A DNA stretch of 64,000 bases from Eledone cirrhosa. Its lineage: Eukaryota. The notes under the pieces are model-generated. The model saw only the letters and a program-made list of their open reading frames with translations, was not told where the DNA came from and made no database searches. Made by a program: the position numbers and the translations under genes. Positions 14,658 through 28,100 of the stretch are shown in pieces. Position 1 is the stretch's first letter. Each line of letters starts with the position of its first letter. The stretch spans positions 373,922,001 through 373,986,000 of the forward strand of contig OZ024743.1 in assembly GCA_964016885.1 (NCBI GenBank), given 5' to 3'.

Positions 14658-15061
14658 AAGAGAGAGAGGGGGTGAAGAAAAGTAACCTTAAACCAAAGAC
14701 CTGACTCGAAGGCTTACAACAGGGTAGGGTTTAGTAGGGCCACCCAAGAGCTGCACAAACATACTAAAGCAGATACAATTTAAAACATCCTTAGAAAATA
14801 ACGAGAATATGTACACGAAGAATCATTTAAAAGTTGGGCAAAAGGCTTCTGTTTTCAAATCTTGCTAAAGTAACTTTGTTTTTCATCCTGGGATGGATTA
14901 AAATAAAGTACCGCTCTTCTTCTCCCAAATTACTGGTCCTGTGCCAATGTAAAAAGAATTATTTTTGTTATTCGTGTGTATATGAAAGTGTTGGTTATTA
15001 TTTTTCAAATCATCCAAACAAAAAGGTGTTTGTAAATCTGGTGTTGTTTATACATACATAC

Positions 15062-15187
<126 letters not shown>

Positions 15188-15211
15188 TATATACATATAT
15201 ATATATATATG

Positions 15212-15293
<82 letters not shown>

Positions 15294-15307
15294 TACATAT
15301 ATATATG

Positions 15308-15456
15308 TTCCTATTTGACTATATGTGGAGAGAGGAAGAGAGAGTTAAGCTCTGGGGTGGATTCTTCCCCTATTTCTCTTCCTGACTTCCTCTCTGGCTC
15401 TCTCCCCCGGAAGAAATTAGGATATATATATATATATATATATATACCCCCACACA

Positions 15457-15487
<31 letters not shown>

Positions 15488-15793
15488 CTAATGTATATAA
15501 AGACATATATGTACATTCATATACACAAACCTATTTGTGTATGATATATTTAGAAGTTGGCAATATTTCTGACCAAACAAATGATTGAAAACAGCCGACA
15601 CCATTTTTTCGATTATTTTTCATATTAACACACATATCCAAACACATTCATTCAACATTCCAATCACATTAGAGTATATATATATATACATATATATGTG
15701 TTGAGTGGGGGTATATATATATGTATATATATATATCCTAATTTCTTCCGGGGGAGAGAGCCAGAGAGGAAGTCAGGAAGAGAAATAGGGGAA

Positions 15794-15797
<4 letters not shown>
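15308..15797. mobile_element. Inverted-repeat element in (TA)n
   Basis: Perfect 62-bp inverted repeat 15361-15422 / 15736-15797; left arm has an extra ~50-nt tail. Confidence 0.75.
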
Positions 15798-15873
<76 letters not shown>

Positions 15874-15967
15874 ATATATTTGAACATATATATATATATA
15901 TGTATATATATATGTATGTATACCTATTTGTACATATATATATATATATTAAGCTTCTATTGCTATA

Positions 15968-16032
<65 letters not shown>

Positions 16033-16771
16033 AATATAATACATACATACACACACATACATATATATATATATAGACTATATCAATAGAAGCTTAATAT
16101 AACACTCAATGAAAAATATACAGGCAGACAATAAATAAAACACGCATGCACGCATGCATGGTCTCACACACAAACACACACAGCGTTCCACAAACGTATA
16201 TATATATATATATATATATACACGCAAATATACAGAGCAAGACACCAACATATCTGAATGTATTTAGAATATATGGAGGCAAGTGTAAAGGTTATCCAAA
16301 GCCATTTCATTCCTGCTATTCTGTTATAATATATCAATATAGCAACCATTCAGTATCGCACGCTCATGTATGGATGTGATATATAACAATCGATTTCGCA
16401 GATATAGAAAAACTTACTGCCATTCTGACAAGGGAGACAACAACCATATAGTTAATATGAAATCAATGTATATTCATATATTCATATGTGCACACACACA
16501 CATATATATCTATGTAAATATATATATATATATATATATGTACTCACACACACACAGATAGGTGTATGTATATATATATATAAACACACACACATTATGT
16601 ATATATTTGTGTGTGTGTATCTGTGTTTATAGATACATATATATACCTATATGTATGAACATATATATATAACATGTATTTTTCTTCCAAACAAGTAGGA
16701 ATATAATGTTTTTAAGTTGAAAATGTTCTCCGGATCTTAGGATGATTTCTTATTTGTAATTTATCAAATTA

Positions 16772-16985
16772 CGAGGGTAATCCCAAAAGTAAAGTCTCAA
16801 AAGCGATGGGGACGCAGAGAAACTGTTCGTACGGCTGTTGGCAACACTGTTGTGATTGGTGCTTCCTTCACTCCCAAACAACCATGCGCGCGCTTCGCTG
16901 GGATGCTCAATCTTGGCTTGGCAGCCGTTGAGAATGGAGCTCCCGTTGAACGCTACCGCCAAGTGCGAATTTCGCGCAGTTAATA
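16772..16985 (+). mobile_element. Mariner 5' fragment (TIR plus transposase start MELPLNATAKCEFRAV)
   Basis: TA followed by cgagggtaatcccaaaagtaaagtctc TIR; mariner-like N-terminus at 16933. Confidence 0.7.
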
Positions 16986-16989
16986 TATA

Positions 16990-17180
16990 CGAGGGCAATC
17001 CCAAAAGTAAGGTCTCCTTCCGAGGAAAACATGCGTTAAGATCGGTGGATCACTCTTGATGCTCTCTGCATTTTGGTTCCTGAGGTTTCCCGAAGCCCCA
17101 TCCACAGGATTTTAACGGAAAAGTTGCAATATTGGAAGTTGCAATATCGGAAGGAGACCTTACTTTTGGGATTGCCCTCG
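16990..17180. mobile_element. Mariner-derived MITE
   Basis: TIRs cgagggcaatcccaaaagtaaggtctccttccga / tcggaaggagaccttacttttgggattgccctcg with TA target duplication. Confidence 0.9.
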
Positions 17181-17629
17181 TACCATACCGGTTTCACAAA
17201 TTTCTATCTGTTTTTCAATGATTTTACAAGGTAAATTAAAGGAAATGGAAAAATTTTAATTAGAGAAAACAAGACAAAGTTTCGTAGCATACATCCAGAT
17301 CGAAAAATAATACGAAAATAAAAATAATTGTCTTCAAAAGGGTGATCCAAAACTTCAGGCTTTGTTAACTGATTTGGCGTTACGGTCGCTCGCCCCGGGA
17401 GAGACCTGCTGTAGACTGTTTGTAACTGTATTCTTTTGATTAGCTACCGTAAATACGTGATGTTTGAAATGCCTTTTCAAATCGTTGCCAAGTCACAAAT
17501 TTTGATTTTCTTTTATCTTTTTGTTGGTTTTAGTTGTTTTAATCACGTGGAATATTTTTCTTCGTTTTTTCTTTTCTCATTCTATGGCGTTGTTATAACG
17601 CGTTTAGTTTTAATTTGTATTTCTTAAAC

Positions 17630-18710
17630 ACTTTTTCTTTATATATCCGAAAATGATCTGATGTGTACCCAATACTCTGATATAATGGGAACATTTTATA
17701 TTTTTCATATTTGATTGTTAGATATAAATCCAGATGTTCTCTAACGGGTATTTGTAGGATACTGGGGTCCCCTATCTGTTGACGGTGAACAGTTATCCTT
17801 TTCCTCAGAAGTTGTCTCGCTTGTCCTATGTAATATTTATTACAGCTATTACATTTATTAACACAATTTAAAATTCTTGATGTATGAATAATTCTTCGTG
17901 CTAATATCCATCCCGATTTAAATTCATTTGAGGAGCTTTCAGTAAGATTAATGCAGATCTCGTAGTTAAGGCGGCCATACTTTTTAGCTGTTGGGGTTGT
18001 TTTTTCGGTGGGTAACTTTGCGCTGGTGAGAACACTTTTTTTTTTAAAGGATTTTGTTTGTCTTTTATTTTTAATTATTTTGTTGAATCTCCAGTGGTTT
18101 TCTCATTCTAGGGTTCTTTCCTCTGCAATGGAATATTCTGATGCATGATGTTGTGTGCTTCTGTATTTATTGGGTTGTGTGTGGTATATAAAGGAAGGTA
18201 TTAGAAATATCTGAAGGGTTCCTTTTCTCTTTTTGTAATTCCTAAACATCTATCTTCTTTGCATGTTTTATTCTGTTATTAATTAATGTCTTTCGAATAA
18301 CACACGCTTTAGTTCCTGAAACCGTTTATCCGTATTCACGTGGAATCATATGATTGAGATTTACTACATTATATAAAACAATTAGAATATCTTTGTTAAT
18401 TTCCTTTTCCTGAGATGGTTTAACAAATCTATCTTTTATTATGAAGCTTGGTATATGTTTTAGAATAGGTTTTAAAAATATCTAAAAAGTTACTTAGACT
18501 ATGTTTCACATGTCGGGCCTGCTACAATTGGCCTTGATTTAAAATCTTTAGGCTGTATGCATTATTTATTGTTTTGCTTTTGTGGATTTTGGGGAGTCCG
18601 TAGAAATTGCTGGTTTTACATTTAATCCTAATTTGATAACAACGTTCCCTTTTCATTTTCTGTTCCCTGTGTCTAAAGAAATAATTCAGTCTAAAGAAAT
18701 AATTCATTGA
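17630..18710 (-). pseudogene. Decayed Neptune-type Penelope-like element (RT and GIY-YIG remnants, RT core deleted)
   Basis: KTSNFYGLPKIHKSK, SRPIVAGP, LRKRITVHRQQI motifs parallel the element at 41593-44690. Confidence 0.8.
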
Positions 18711-19223
18711 ATTCTGATCTAAGGCATTAGCATTCCTGTAATTATTAACTGTGTTGTCGCCAGGTCTGCTGTGACAACTTGGTGTACTCTAGGTACTTGA
18801 TTGTGGTTAACCATTACGGGTATAATTTAAGTTGTGTTGTGTGAACTGATGTTCCCGATTCTGAGAAGTATTGCGTCTACTTAAACAGAGAGGTTTTGGC
18901 TCTTCCAGTAAAGTGGTTTCGTTGTCTACATATTCCGGAAGTAATATTATTGTGTAGAACGTTTAGAGACACTAGGTATTCAGAAATCACAGAAAACATT
19001 TGAAATTCTGAATATTTTATATATCAACACATTGCCCAAGAAATACAGAAACATGCAACATCATACACACACATACACCTCCCCCCACACACCCATCCAC
19101 ACACACATACACTCATATATATATATATATTTTCACACATAGAAACATAAGATTTACACTAGATTTTGTTTTTGATTGATAATCGAAAGCTTTGCAAGTG
19201 TCCGTCTTCAAACCGGATACTGC

Positions 19224-19317
<94 letters not shown>

Positions 19318-19743
19318 CGTGTACAAATATGAATGTCTGTGAAGAAGAAACAACAGTTTAAAGGATAGAGATAAAATAAGTGTGTGTGTGAGAGAGAGAA
19401 AGAGAAAGAAAAAAGAAAAAGAGAGAGGAAGAAAGAGATAGATAGAGGGTGGAAGAGAGGAAGAAAAAGAGTGATTACGTGAGGGAGAGTAAGAGAAAGA
19501 GAGAGGGAGAGAGACAAAGTGATTTATGGACTGAAATTTATAATGATTTTCTAGTATAAGAAAAGCTAAAAAAACTATTATATCTAACTATATATATACG
19601 CTATGACAAATACATTCAGATATATACATAACCTGATATACCTCTGTACTATTGACGTCACACGCAATCGAGTATGACTTGGTAGAATATCTTGGCAGCA
19701 AATCTAAAGAGGGACAGACCAGCACTAGACCGGTATTTCTTTT

Positions 19744-19790
19744 TCTTTTGATGATTTCATTTGAATGAAACAGTTCTAGTCCTGTAGAAG
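19744..19790 (+). ncRNA. Decayed copy of the 2936-2984 hammerhead
   Basis: uugauga-uuuc auuu gaau-gaaa-caguucuaguccug-ua-gaag; first C of the core lost. Confidence 0.45.
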
Positions 19791-19823
19791 TCATTTCCCA
19801 ATCCCCTTCGTGACTCGACACAC

Positions 19824-19922
<99 letters not shown>

Positions 19923-20008
19923 TATATATATATAGGTGTGTGTGTGTGTTAGAAAGAGTCGGCACCTGACGGGTGAGATCTTGCCGTTTCAACAGCTAGT
20001 ACCAGACT

Positions 20009-20035
<27 letters not shown>

Positions 20036-20039
<4 letters not shown>

Positions 20040-20150
20040 GATTTAATGCTCTGAAATAGCGATATATATGTGAAGACAAACATAGAATATTCGAAAATAT
20101 TCTGTATGTTTATAATAAACATTTTGAAGACCCAATCGCTATAGAATAGG
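20036..20150 (+). repeat. Dispersed partial copy of the 310-bp retrozyme-like unit
   Basis: aatgctctgaaatagcgatatatatgtgaa...aatcgctatagaatag matches ~22597-22710; follows (TA)n. Confidence 0.85.
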
Positions 20151-20409
20151 CTATAGATGAGGCCGAGGTCATCCTAAGCCAGCGACCCTAATGCATAACT
20201 GTGCGTAGAGCCGACGTATATTAATATAGACATAATAATTCACAATTACAGACTTGCTTCATAATCTCGTGGTTTCGGGTTCGATCCCACCGCGTGACTC
20301 ACTATAGTATCCAGTCGACAAATACTTTGTGAGTGGAATTTAGATTCGGTAGATGGAAAACTTGTAGAAACCTCTCGTCGTTTTAGTAATGCAAATCAAC
20401 ATTAACAAG

Positions 20410-20736
20410 CATGTGGTTAGAATGTCTCATCAAAGGATCGCAGGAGACCTAGGGGTAGACCCAGAGCAAGATGTTTGGATAACATCCATGAGCTTGGCTG
20501 GTCTCGCTTGGGGATCCAGCCGGCTCAGTTAGAGATGATTGCTTCTGACAGGACGAACTGGAAGGATTGTTTGAGGACTCTGCCCCCATGACACTCTCAG
20601 GAATAAATGGGCGAAGAAGAAGAAGAAGAAGAAGAAGAAGAAGAAGAAGAAGAAGAAGAAGAAGAAGAAGAAGAAGAAGAAGAAGAAGAAGAAGAAGAAG
20701 AAGAAGAAGAAGAAGAAGAAGAAGAAGAAGAAGAAG
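20410..20736 (+). mobile_element. 5'-truncated RTE-clade LINE 3' end with (GAA)n tail
   Basis: HVVRM...RRPRGRPRARCLDNIHELGWSRLG...ASDRTNWKDCLRTLPP, then (GAA)n from 20613. Confidence 0.8.
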
Positions 20737-21799
20737 ATATTACCTTCCGTTGTGAATCTTGTTGATATGGACAACTAAGATGCACAGCAGAAGGTAATAT
20801 CTTGTTAATGTTAATTTAAATGCTTTTATAGATCCTGGTGATCTATGATAATGTACTGTATAGTCTTATGTGGTCTGGCGAAACATATGTTGGTCAATTA
20901 AATGGTTGTTTTTTATTTTATATATATATGCCCTGTGAATAACATAACCATACAGTAAGCGCATCGTAAACATTGGATTAACTCCAAATGCTCTACACCC
21001 TTCACACCTACTGATTATCAACTCGCTTTGAGGTTAAGCCTCACTTTACCAAACGTATAGTAGTTTTTTCAATGTTAAAAGCCTGAGCTGATTCAAGTCT
21101 TTTGGAATGTACTATCGTCGGTTTCAACGATGGGAATTCCAGTTGTTAAAACAACGGAATGATTTACTCATAGAATTAAAATGCAAATAGCTGAGCCTTC
21201 CACAGACACGTGTACCTTTAACGTAATTCTCTTAGAGATACAGCGTGATATCGTATGTGATAAGGTTGACCCTTTGAATTACAGGTACAGTCCATCCAAC
21301 GACAGGCTCCCAATCAGACTTTACTCAATTTCACTCACAAAACATGGCTCTACTCGAACTATTGTAAATGACACATGCCCAGAATGCCACCCACTGGGAT
21401 CAAACCCATGACTTAATGCGAAGCAAAGTTCTTAACCATTCGGTCATGTTACTTCCACAAGTCTGTTGCAAGAGGAACAATTTAAGACAATGCATTAAGT
21501 ATAGACTTCACGATTACGCAGAGAACTACTTAAGCACATTTTCAAGACTGTACTTCTAGTGGAAACATTTAAGCTTTATCTGAGACAACCTAAACTGAAG
21601 CAGTTTACTACGATCATCCATTAAAATCAGTTAATATAGAAAAATAAATAAAATATGAAATAGTTTTTATCAAATTGTTATCTTTATTTTCATCTACTTA
21701 AACAGAAAAAATAATTCGATGCCTTATTATTTCAATTACATCACGTTACAGAGTTCTTCCAGCATTTTATCTAAATAATTTTCATGGTTCTGTTATTAG

Positions 21800-21830
<31 letters not shown>

Positions 21831-21940
21831 ATTGTTGTTGCTGTTGTCATTGATATTATTTTTCTTCTTGTGATTGTTGTTATTTTCGATTAACATACAT
21901 TCATATTTTATAGCGTTCCATCCATTTAATTACTGTTGTT

Positions 21941-22017
<77 letters not shown>

Positions 22018-22570
22018 TGTGTATGTGTGTGAGTTTGGTATAAGGAGTTCTCTCAGCAATGATCAAGTTTCAGGTTCAATTCCACTGCGTATCATCTTGG
22101 GCAATGTCTTCTAACATGAATTAGGATTGAGGAATATTTTGTGAGTGAAATTTCGTAGACGAAAACTGTATATATACACACAGACACACACACATATATA
22201 TATATATGAAAAATGGCGTGCTGCGTTGTTGCAAATGGAGTCATATGAATAAAATTAGTCCTTCATCTGTGATCTTCCAACCGTCATTGGTATTTCTTCG
22301 GATTAAAGATCATATACCTCTGGTTGGTGCGAGCAATAACTAAAGAAAGTTATTGGGACACGTAAAATAGGGTGAAGCGAGCGAGACATGTAAACAAACA
22401 TAGATGGTAATGCAACGGAAAGAGGGGAAGAGGAGAGACAAGTCCGTGATATCTATGAACTTAAGTTCGGTGAAATCATAGACGAGAGATACAGACCATC
22501 CGACCTGAGTGAGATGTGAGCGAGAAAAGGATTTCACACAGGTCAAACGGAAGGAAGTGAGAGAGGGGGA

Positions 22571-22602
<32 letters not shown>

Positions 22603-22756
22603 ATAAATGCTCTGAAATAGCGATATATATGTGAATATAGACATAGAATATTCGAAAATATTCTGTATGTTTATAATAAACATTTTGAAGACCTAATCGC
22701 TATAGAATAGAATACGTCACGTATTACAATTAGATTCTCGATAAAAGCAAGGGAAG

Positions 22757-22797
22757 TAATCTACGCGTTTCATTCTTATTAGAAATCTTCAGGACTA
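22757..22797 (-). ncRNA. Type I hammerhead ribozyme
   Basis: UAGUC-CUGAAGA-U UUCU aaua AGAA U-GAAA-CGCG-UA-GAUUA; palindromic ACGCGU stem III, GUA triplet. Confidence 0.8.
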
Positions 22798-23066
22798 CAT
22801 ATCCAGTGCTTTTATCGAGAATGACACAGCTAGAGACTTATAGAATACTTAGCTGTGTACAGGAACTGGTTTGAAAGAGCGGTTGCCGGTCCGGCAGAAA
22901 TTAGAAATTGGAATAAATGCTCTGAAATAGCGATATATATGTGAATATAGACATAGAATATTCGAAAATATTCTGTATGTTTATAATAAACATTTTGAAG
23001 ACCTAATCGCTATAGAATAGAATACGTCACGTATTACAATTAGATTCTCGATAAAAGCAAGGGAAG

Positions 23067-23107
23067 TAATCTACGCGTTTCATTCTTATTAGAAATCTTC
23101 AGGACTA
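23067..23107 (-). ncRNA. Type I hammerhead ribozyme (second unit)
   Basis: Same sequence as 22757-22797, offset +310. Confidence 0.8.
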
Positions 23108-23340
23108 CATATCCAGTGCTTTTATCGAGAATGACACAGCTAGAGACTTATAGAATACTTAGCTGTGTACAGGAACTGGTTTGAAAGAGCGGTTGCCGGT
23201 CCGGCAGAAATTAGAAATTGGAATAAATGCTCTGAAATAGCGATATATATGTGAATATAGACATAGAATATTCGAAAATATTCTGTATGTTTATAATAAA
23301 CATTTTGAAGACCTAATCGCTATAGAATAGAATACGTCAC

Positions 23341-23383
<43 letters not shown>

Positions 23384-23577
23384 CACACACACACATATAT
23401 ATGTATGATATCTATATATGTATGAGATCCGAGAAAAACCACAAACCCTCCAGTTGCATTTTCGATTTCATCTTTTTTCCTTATACTTTCATCTCGTTTT
23501 TTTTGCATTTTCTAATATATATATATATATTTATATATATATTTATATATATATATATATTTTCTAATATATGTATA

Positions 23578-23642
<65 letters not shown>

Positions 23643-24005
23643 GTATATATATACATAAACAAAACCAGATGAATCTCTGATTTTGTTTGATTAACATGTC
23701 AGATGAACAGGTTGAAGTTGGAGTCGGGTCTACAATACAAATATCGATCTTGAGCCACTCATCTGTGAAACGTCCGTAGCTGAGCCTAATCAATAAAACT
23801 CAATGTGGAACCTCGTTTTGTTCTTCTTAATGTATACACTCTGCTAAAGCATAGGGTGCCAATATTGATACCTTCCTCAGTAAATTTCTAATTTACTGAA
23901 TGACCGAAACTAAGATTGACCACCATTAATGCTGTGCAGCGGGACTGAACCCAAAACTAACTTAATGCGAAGCCAACTCCTTAACCACTGTTTATGTCAC
24001 TGTTG

Positions 24006-24071
<66 letters not shown>

Positions 24072-24164
24072 CGTATGTGTGCGCGTATGTGTGTAAATAC
24101 ATGCACATGTATATATTTATATATATACATATATATGTATATGTATGCATTATATATGTATACA

Positions 24165-24343
24165 TTGGCAGTATCGGTAGAGGGTCGGACGCTATGCTTT
24201 GCAGCATAGTTACTTCCCTTTACGGACTGAGTTCAAATCCCGCCGAGGTTTACTTTGCCTTTCATCCTTACGGGGTCGATAAAATAAAGTACCAGTAATG
24301 TACTGGGTAATTGCAGGCCTTGTGCCAAAAGTAGAAACAATTA
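24165..24343 (+). mobile_element. tRNA-derived SINE, family A
   Basis: A box tggcagtatcgg, B box gagttcaaatcc, body gcctttcatccttacggggtcgataaaataaagtaccag, tail gtagaaacaatta. Confidence 0.9.
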
Positions 24344-24572
24344 TATATGTATACATATATATATTTATATATATACATACATACACACACACATATATAC
24401 ATACATACACACACACATATATACATACATACACACACACATACATACATATATATATATGTGCATACACATATACTGTATATAAAATCGTGAGCAGGCT
24501 GACCCGTTCCGTTATTCGAAAAACCGGAACACAGTCGAAAGCGACGGAAGTCCACAGCCACCACCCACCCCC

Positions 24573-24711
24573 CATAGTTACGTCCCTTTACGATCTGAGT
24601 TCAAATCCCGCCGAGGTTAACTTTGCCTTTCATCCTTACGGGGTCGATAAAATAAAGTACCAGTAATGTACTGGGTAATTGCTGGCCTTGTGCCTAAAGT
24701 AGAAACAATTA
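24573..24711 (+). mobile_element. SINE family A, 5'-truncated
   Basis: Near-identical to 24205-24343. Confidence 0.9.
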
Positions 24712-24764
24712 TGTAGTTACTGGCTTTCCAAAATTGACGACATAATGGCCGTCTATTGATCGAC

Positions 24765-25483
24765 CAGCAGCAAGTTACAGCAGCAAGTTACAGCATCAAG
24801 TTACAGCAGCAAGTTACAGCAGCAAGTTACAGCAGCAAGTTACAGCAGCAAGTTACAGCAGCAAGTTACAGCAGCAAGTTACAGCAGCAAGTTACAGCAT
24901 CAAGTTACAGCATCAAGTTACAGCAGCAAGTTACAGCAGCAAGTTACAGCATCAAGTTACAGCAGCAAGTTACAGCATCAAGTTACAGCAGCAAGTTACA
25001 GCAGCAAGTTACAGCATCAAGTTACAGCAGCAAGTTACAGCATCAAGTTACAGCAGCAAGTTACAGCAGCAAGTTACAGCAGCAAGTTACAGCAGCAAGT
25101 TACAGCATCAAGTTACAGCAGCAAGTTACAGCAGCAAGTTACAGCATCAAGTTACAGCATCAAGTTACAGGAGCAAGTTACAGCAGCAAGTTACAGCAGC
25201 AAGTTACAGCAGCAAGTTACAGCAGCAAGTTACAGCAGCAAGTTACAGCATCAAGTTACAGCAGCAAGTTACAGCAGCAAGTTACAGCATCAAGTTACAG
25301 CAGCAAGTTACAGCAGCAAGTTACAGCAGCAAGTTACAGCATCAAGTTACAGCAGCAAGTTACAGCAGCAAGTTACAGCAGCAAGTTACAGCAGCAAGTT
25401 ACAGCAGCAAGTTACAGCAGCAAGTTACAGCAGCAAGTTACAGCAGCAAGTTACAGCAGCAAGTTACAGCAGCAAGTTACAGC
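24765..25483. repeat. 13-bp minisatellite (caagttacagcag/cat)
   Basis: About 55 tandem units; the 270-aa ORF is its frame-cycling translation. Confidence 0.95.
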
Positions 25484-25519
25484 ACACACATCGTCTAGAA
25501 ACTCCTCGAAATTCGCATG

Positions 25520-26420
25520 GCTGACTAGTTGCCTGGGTGGATGGGTGGTAGCCTGGGCGGGTGGTTAGTTGGGTGACTGGGTGGCTTGGTGGCTGGGTAG
25601 TTGCCTGGGAGGGTGATTAGTTGGGTGGTTGGGTGGCTAGGTAGTAGCCTGGGCGGGTGGTTAGTTGGGTGGCTGGGTGGCTGGGTGGCTGGGTAGTAGC
25701 CTGGGCGGGTAGGTAGTTGGCTGGTTGGTTGGCTGGGTGGCTGGGTTGTTGCCTGGGTGGCTGGGTTGTTGCCTGGGTGGCTGGGTTGTTGCCTGGGTGG
25801 GTAGGTAGTTGGCTGGTTGGTTGCCTGGGTGGATGGGTAGTTGCCTGGGTTGGTAGGTAGTTGGATGGGTGGCTGGGTATTTGCCTGGCGGGTGGGTAGT
25901 TGGCTGGTTGGTTGGCTGGGCGGCTGGGTAGTTGCCTGGCGGGTAGGTAGTTGGCTGGTTGGTTGGCTGGGCGGATGGGTAGTTGCCTGGGTTGGTAGGT
26001 AGTTGGATGGGTGGCTGGGTAGTTGCCTGGCGGGTGGGTAGTTGGCTGGTTGGTTGGCTGGGCGGATGGGTAGTTGCCTGGGTTGGTAGGTAGTTGGATG
26101 GCTGGTTGGTTGGGTAATTGGGTGACTGGGTGGTTGGATTGCTGGGTAGTTGCCTGGGTGGATGGTTAGTTGGCTGGTTGGTTGGCTGGTTGGCTGGTTG
26201 TTTGGTTGGTTAGTTGGTTGGTTGGCTGATTAGCTAGTTTGCTGGATAGCTGGTTGGCTGGTTAGCTGATTAAGTGGATAACTGGTTATTTGGATAGCTA
26301 GGTGGCTGGATAGCTGGCTAGTTGGTTTGCTAGCTGGCCAGTTAGCTGGCTAGTTGTTGTTTGGGTGGCTGATTGGCTGATTGGCTAGTAGGGTGATCAT
26401 CTGGTTGGATGGCTAACTGG
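25520..26420. repeat. G-rich degenerate (GGTT/GGCT/GGGT) satellite
   Basis: Repeated tgcctgggtggctgggtagt-like units. Confidence 0.85.
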
Positions 26421-27409
26421 AAATAGTTTTTTTGGTCTGATTTGGAAAATCGGCTTCTTTTGTTTACACACGCATACATACACACACACGGACACACACG
26501 CACACAATATAATGGCGTATGTGGTTGTCCGGCATATAACAGATACGTAGTTCGATACACGTAGGCGGATCAGTCATATTTCATATATATCAGCATATTT
26601 AAGTACACATTTATTATAAAAAATACTAACTATATATATATATATATATACACACAGTTGTAATGTGGGCGTGTGCGCACGCGTGTGTGTATGTGTGTGA
26701 GTGTGAGTGTGGGTGTGTGTGTATGTGTACTCCTCGATATAAGTATCTGTAAAACCAAACCACCCGTGAAATCATTCATCCGTGAAAGCCTGTCATTGGC
26801 ACGAGTATTTATCTCACCCACGTATATCATATCATATCATATGACATCATATCTACCTACACACTTTCACACTTGAGCTAAAACCACAGCTACAACACAA
26901 CTGTATTAACACCTCCTCGTCCATTACAGAAACCTGAAAGGAAGGAAGAAAGAAAGGCAAGGAGAGAGAAAGAATTAAAGGAAGGAAGGAAAGAGAAAAA
27001 GAAATAAACAATGAAATAAATAATTCTATTTATGGGTGGAGACTTTTGTTGTTGGACCGCCTTCTCAACCTACGCAATCGCCTCTATTGATATTGGAAAT
27101 AATATTTAGACCATTTAAACTTCGCAACGGATGGTGGCCAGAGTCGTTAAGGTATCGGTTAGAGTGTTTTGGTGGAATTTGTTCCGTCTTCCTGCGCTCC
27201 GAGTTCTAATCCTGCTGAAAGATAACTTTGGCTTTCTTCCTTCCAAGGCGGACGATAAATAAAGTACGAGTTAAGCACTGAGGTTGATTCTTTTATGACC
27301 GTCTTTTCTTTTTATACCCGTACAAAATGTTTTAAAGAATTACCTGCAATTATAATTATTCCAGAACCTCGTTTATCACGTAAAACGTAGTAAAACGGTC
27401 TACAATTCT

Positions 27410-27685
27410 TAAGTCTGTCTCAAACCAGAAAGCTCATCAGGCCGGTGCTTATCCCGGTTTCGTGGTGTTAAGCGAGTGAAAGTACAACCCCCCCCCCCCT
27501 TTTCCTGGGTAGGACACCAGTCAATCGCAGGGTTAAACCCCCCAGCTATTGCTGGTACTCATTTTCAGTGGGGGTATACTGGAGCAACGTGAAATGAAGT
27601 GTTTTGCTCAAGAACACAACACGCAAACCAGCCTAGGAATTGAATCGTAAGTCCAACATCCGTACCACTAGGCCACGTGCCTCCA
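27410..27685 (-). mobile_element. SINE family B
   Basis: Minus strand gaggcacgtggcctagtgg head and cttgagcaaaacacttcatttcacgttgctccag body; other copies at 38545-38742 and 62640-62775. Confidence 0.8.
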
Positions 27686-27714
27686 CAATAAAAGGATGCG
27701 TTAAATAAATACCA

Positions 27715-28100
27715 TAACAAAGGCACAATGTTAGCAAATTTGGGGAAGAGTAAAGTTGATTAAATAAACCCAGTACTGGACTGGTACTTTACTTTAACGA
27801 CCCAGGAAGGATGAAAGGTAAGTTGACTATGATGAGATTTGAACATAGGTCAGAACATGGATTAGAACATAGAAAGTCGTAACTAAATACCACAAACCAT
27901 TTTGCCCGACACTCTACCGATTCCAACAATCCACCGCCCTCTAATCATTTCTAATTTCGGCACAAGGCCAATAATTTGTGATCAGGAGAATGTTTATTAC
28001 ATCAACCCCAGTACTAGACTGGTACTTTATTTCATCGTCCCCAAAAGGATGTAAGGCAAAGTTGACGTTGCGGAATTTGAACTGAGAATGTAAAGAACCA
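27715..28100 (-). mobile_element. Two adjacent older SINE family A copies
   Basis: Each has ggcacaa...actggtacttt...ggatg.aagg..aagttgac. Confidence 0.75.

Larger units (their letters stand above)
22597..23344 (-). mobile_element. Tandem 310-bp x2.4 hammerhead repeat (non-LTR retrozyme-like)
   Basis: gaataaatgc recurs at 22601, 22911 and 23221; units appear identical by eye; (TA)n on both flanks; one hammerhead per full unit. Confidence 0.85.

Noticed and set aside
17795-17812. CUGAGGA on the minus strand
   Set aside because: Lies in GIY-YIG coding sequence (LRKRITVH) with no hammerhead fold
24165-24250. tRNA genes suggested by A/B boxes
   Set aside because: No complete cloverleaf; always fused to a common SINE body and tail
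24756-25568. 270-aa QQQVTAASYSSKL repeat protein
   Set aside because: The 13-bp unit is not a multiple of 3 and simply cycles through frames; a minisatellite
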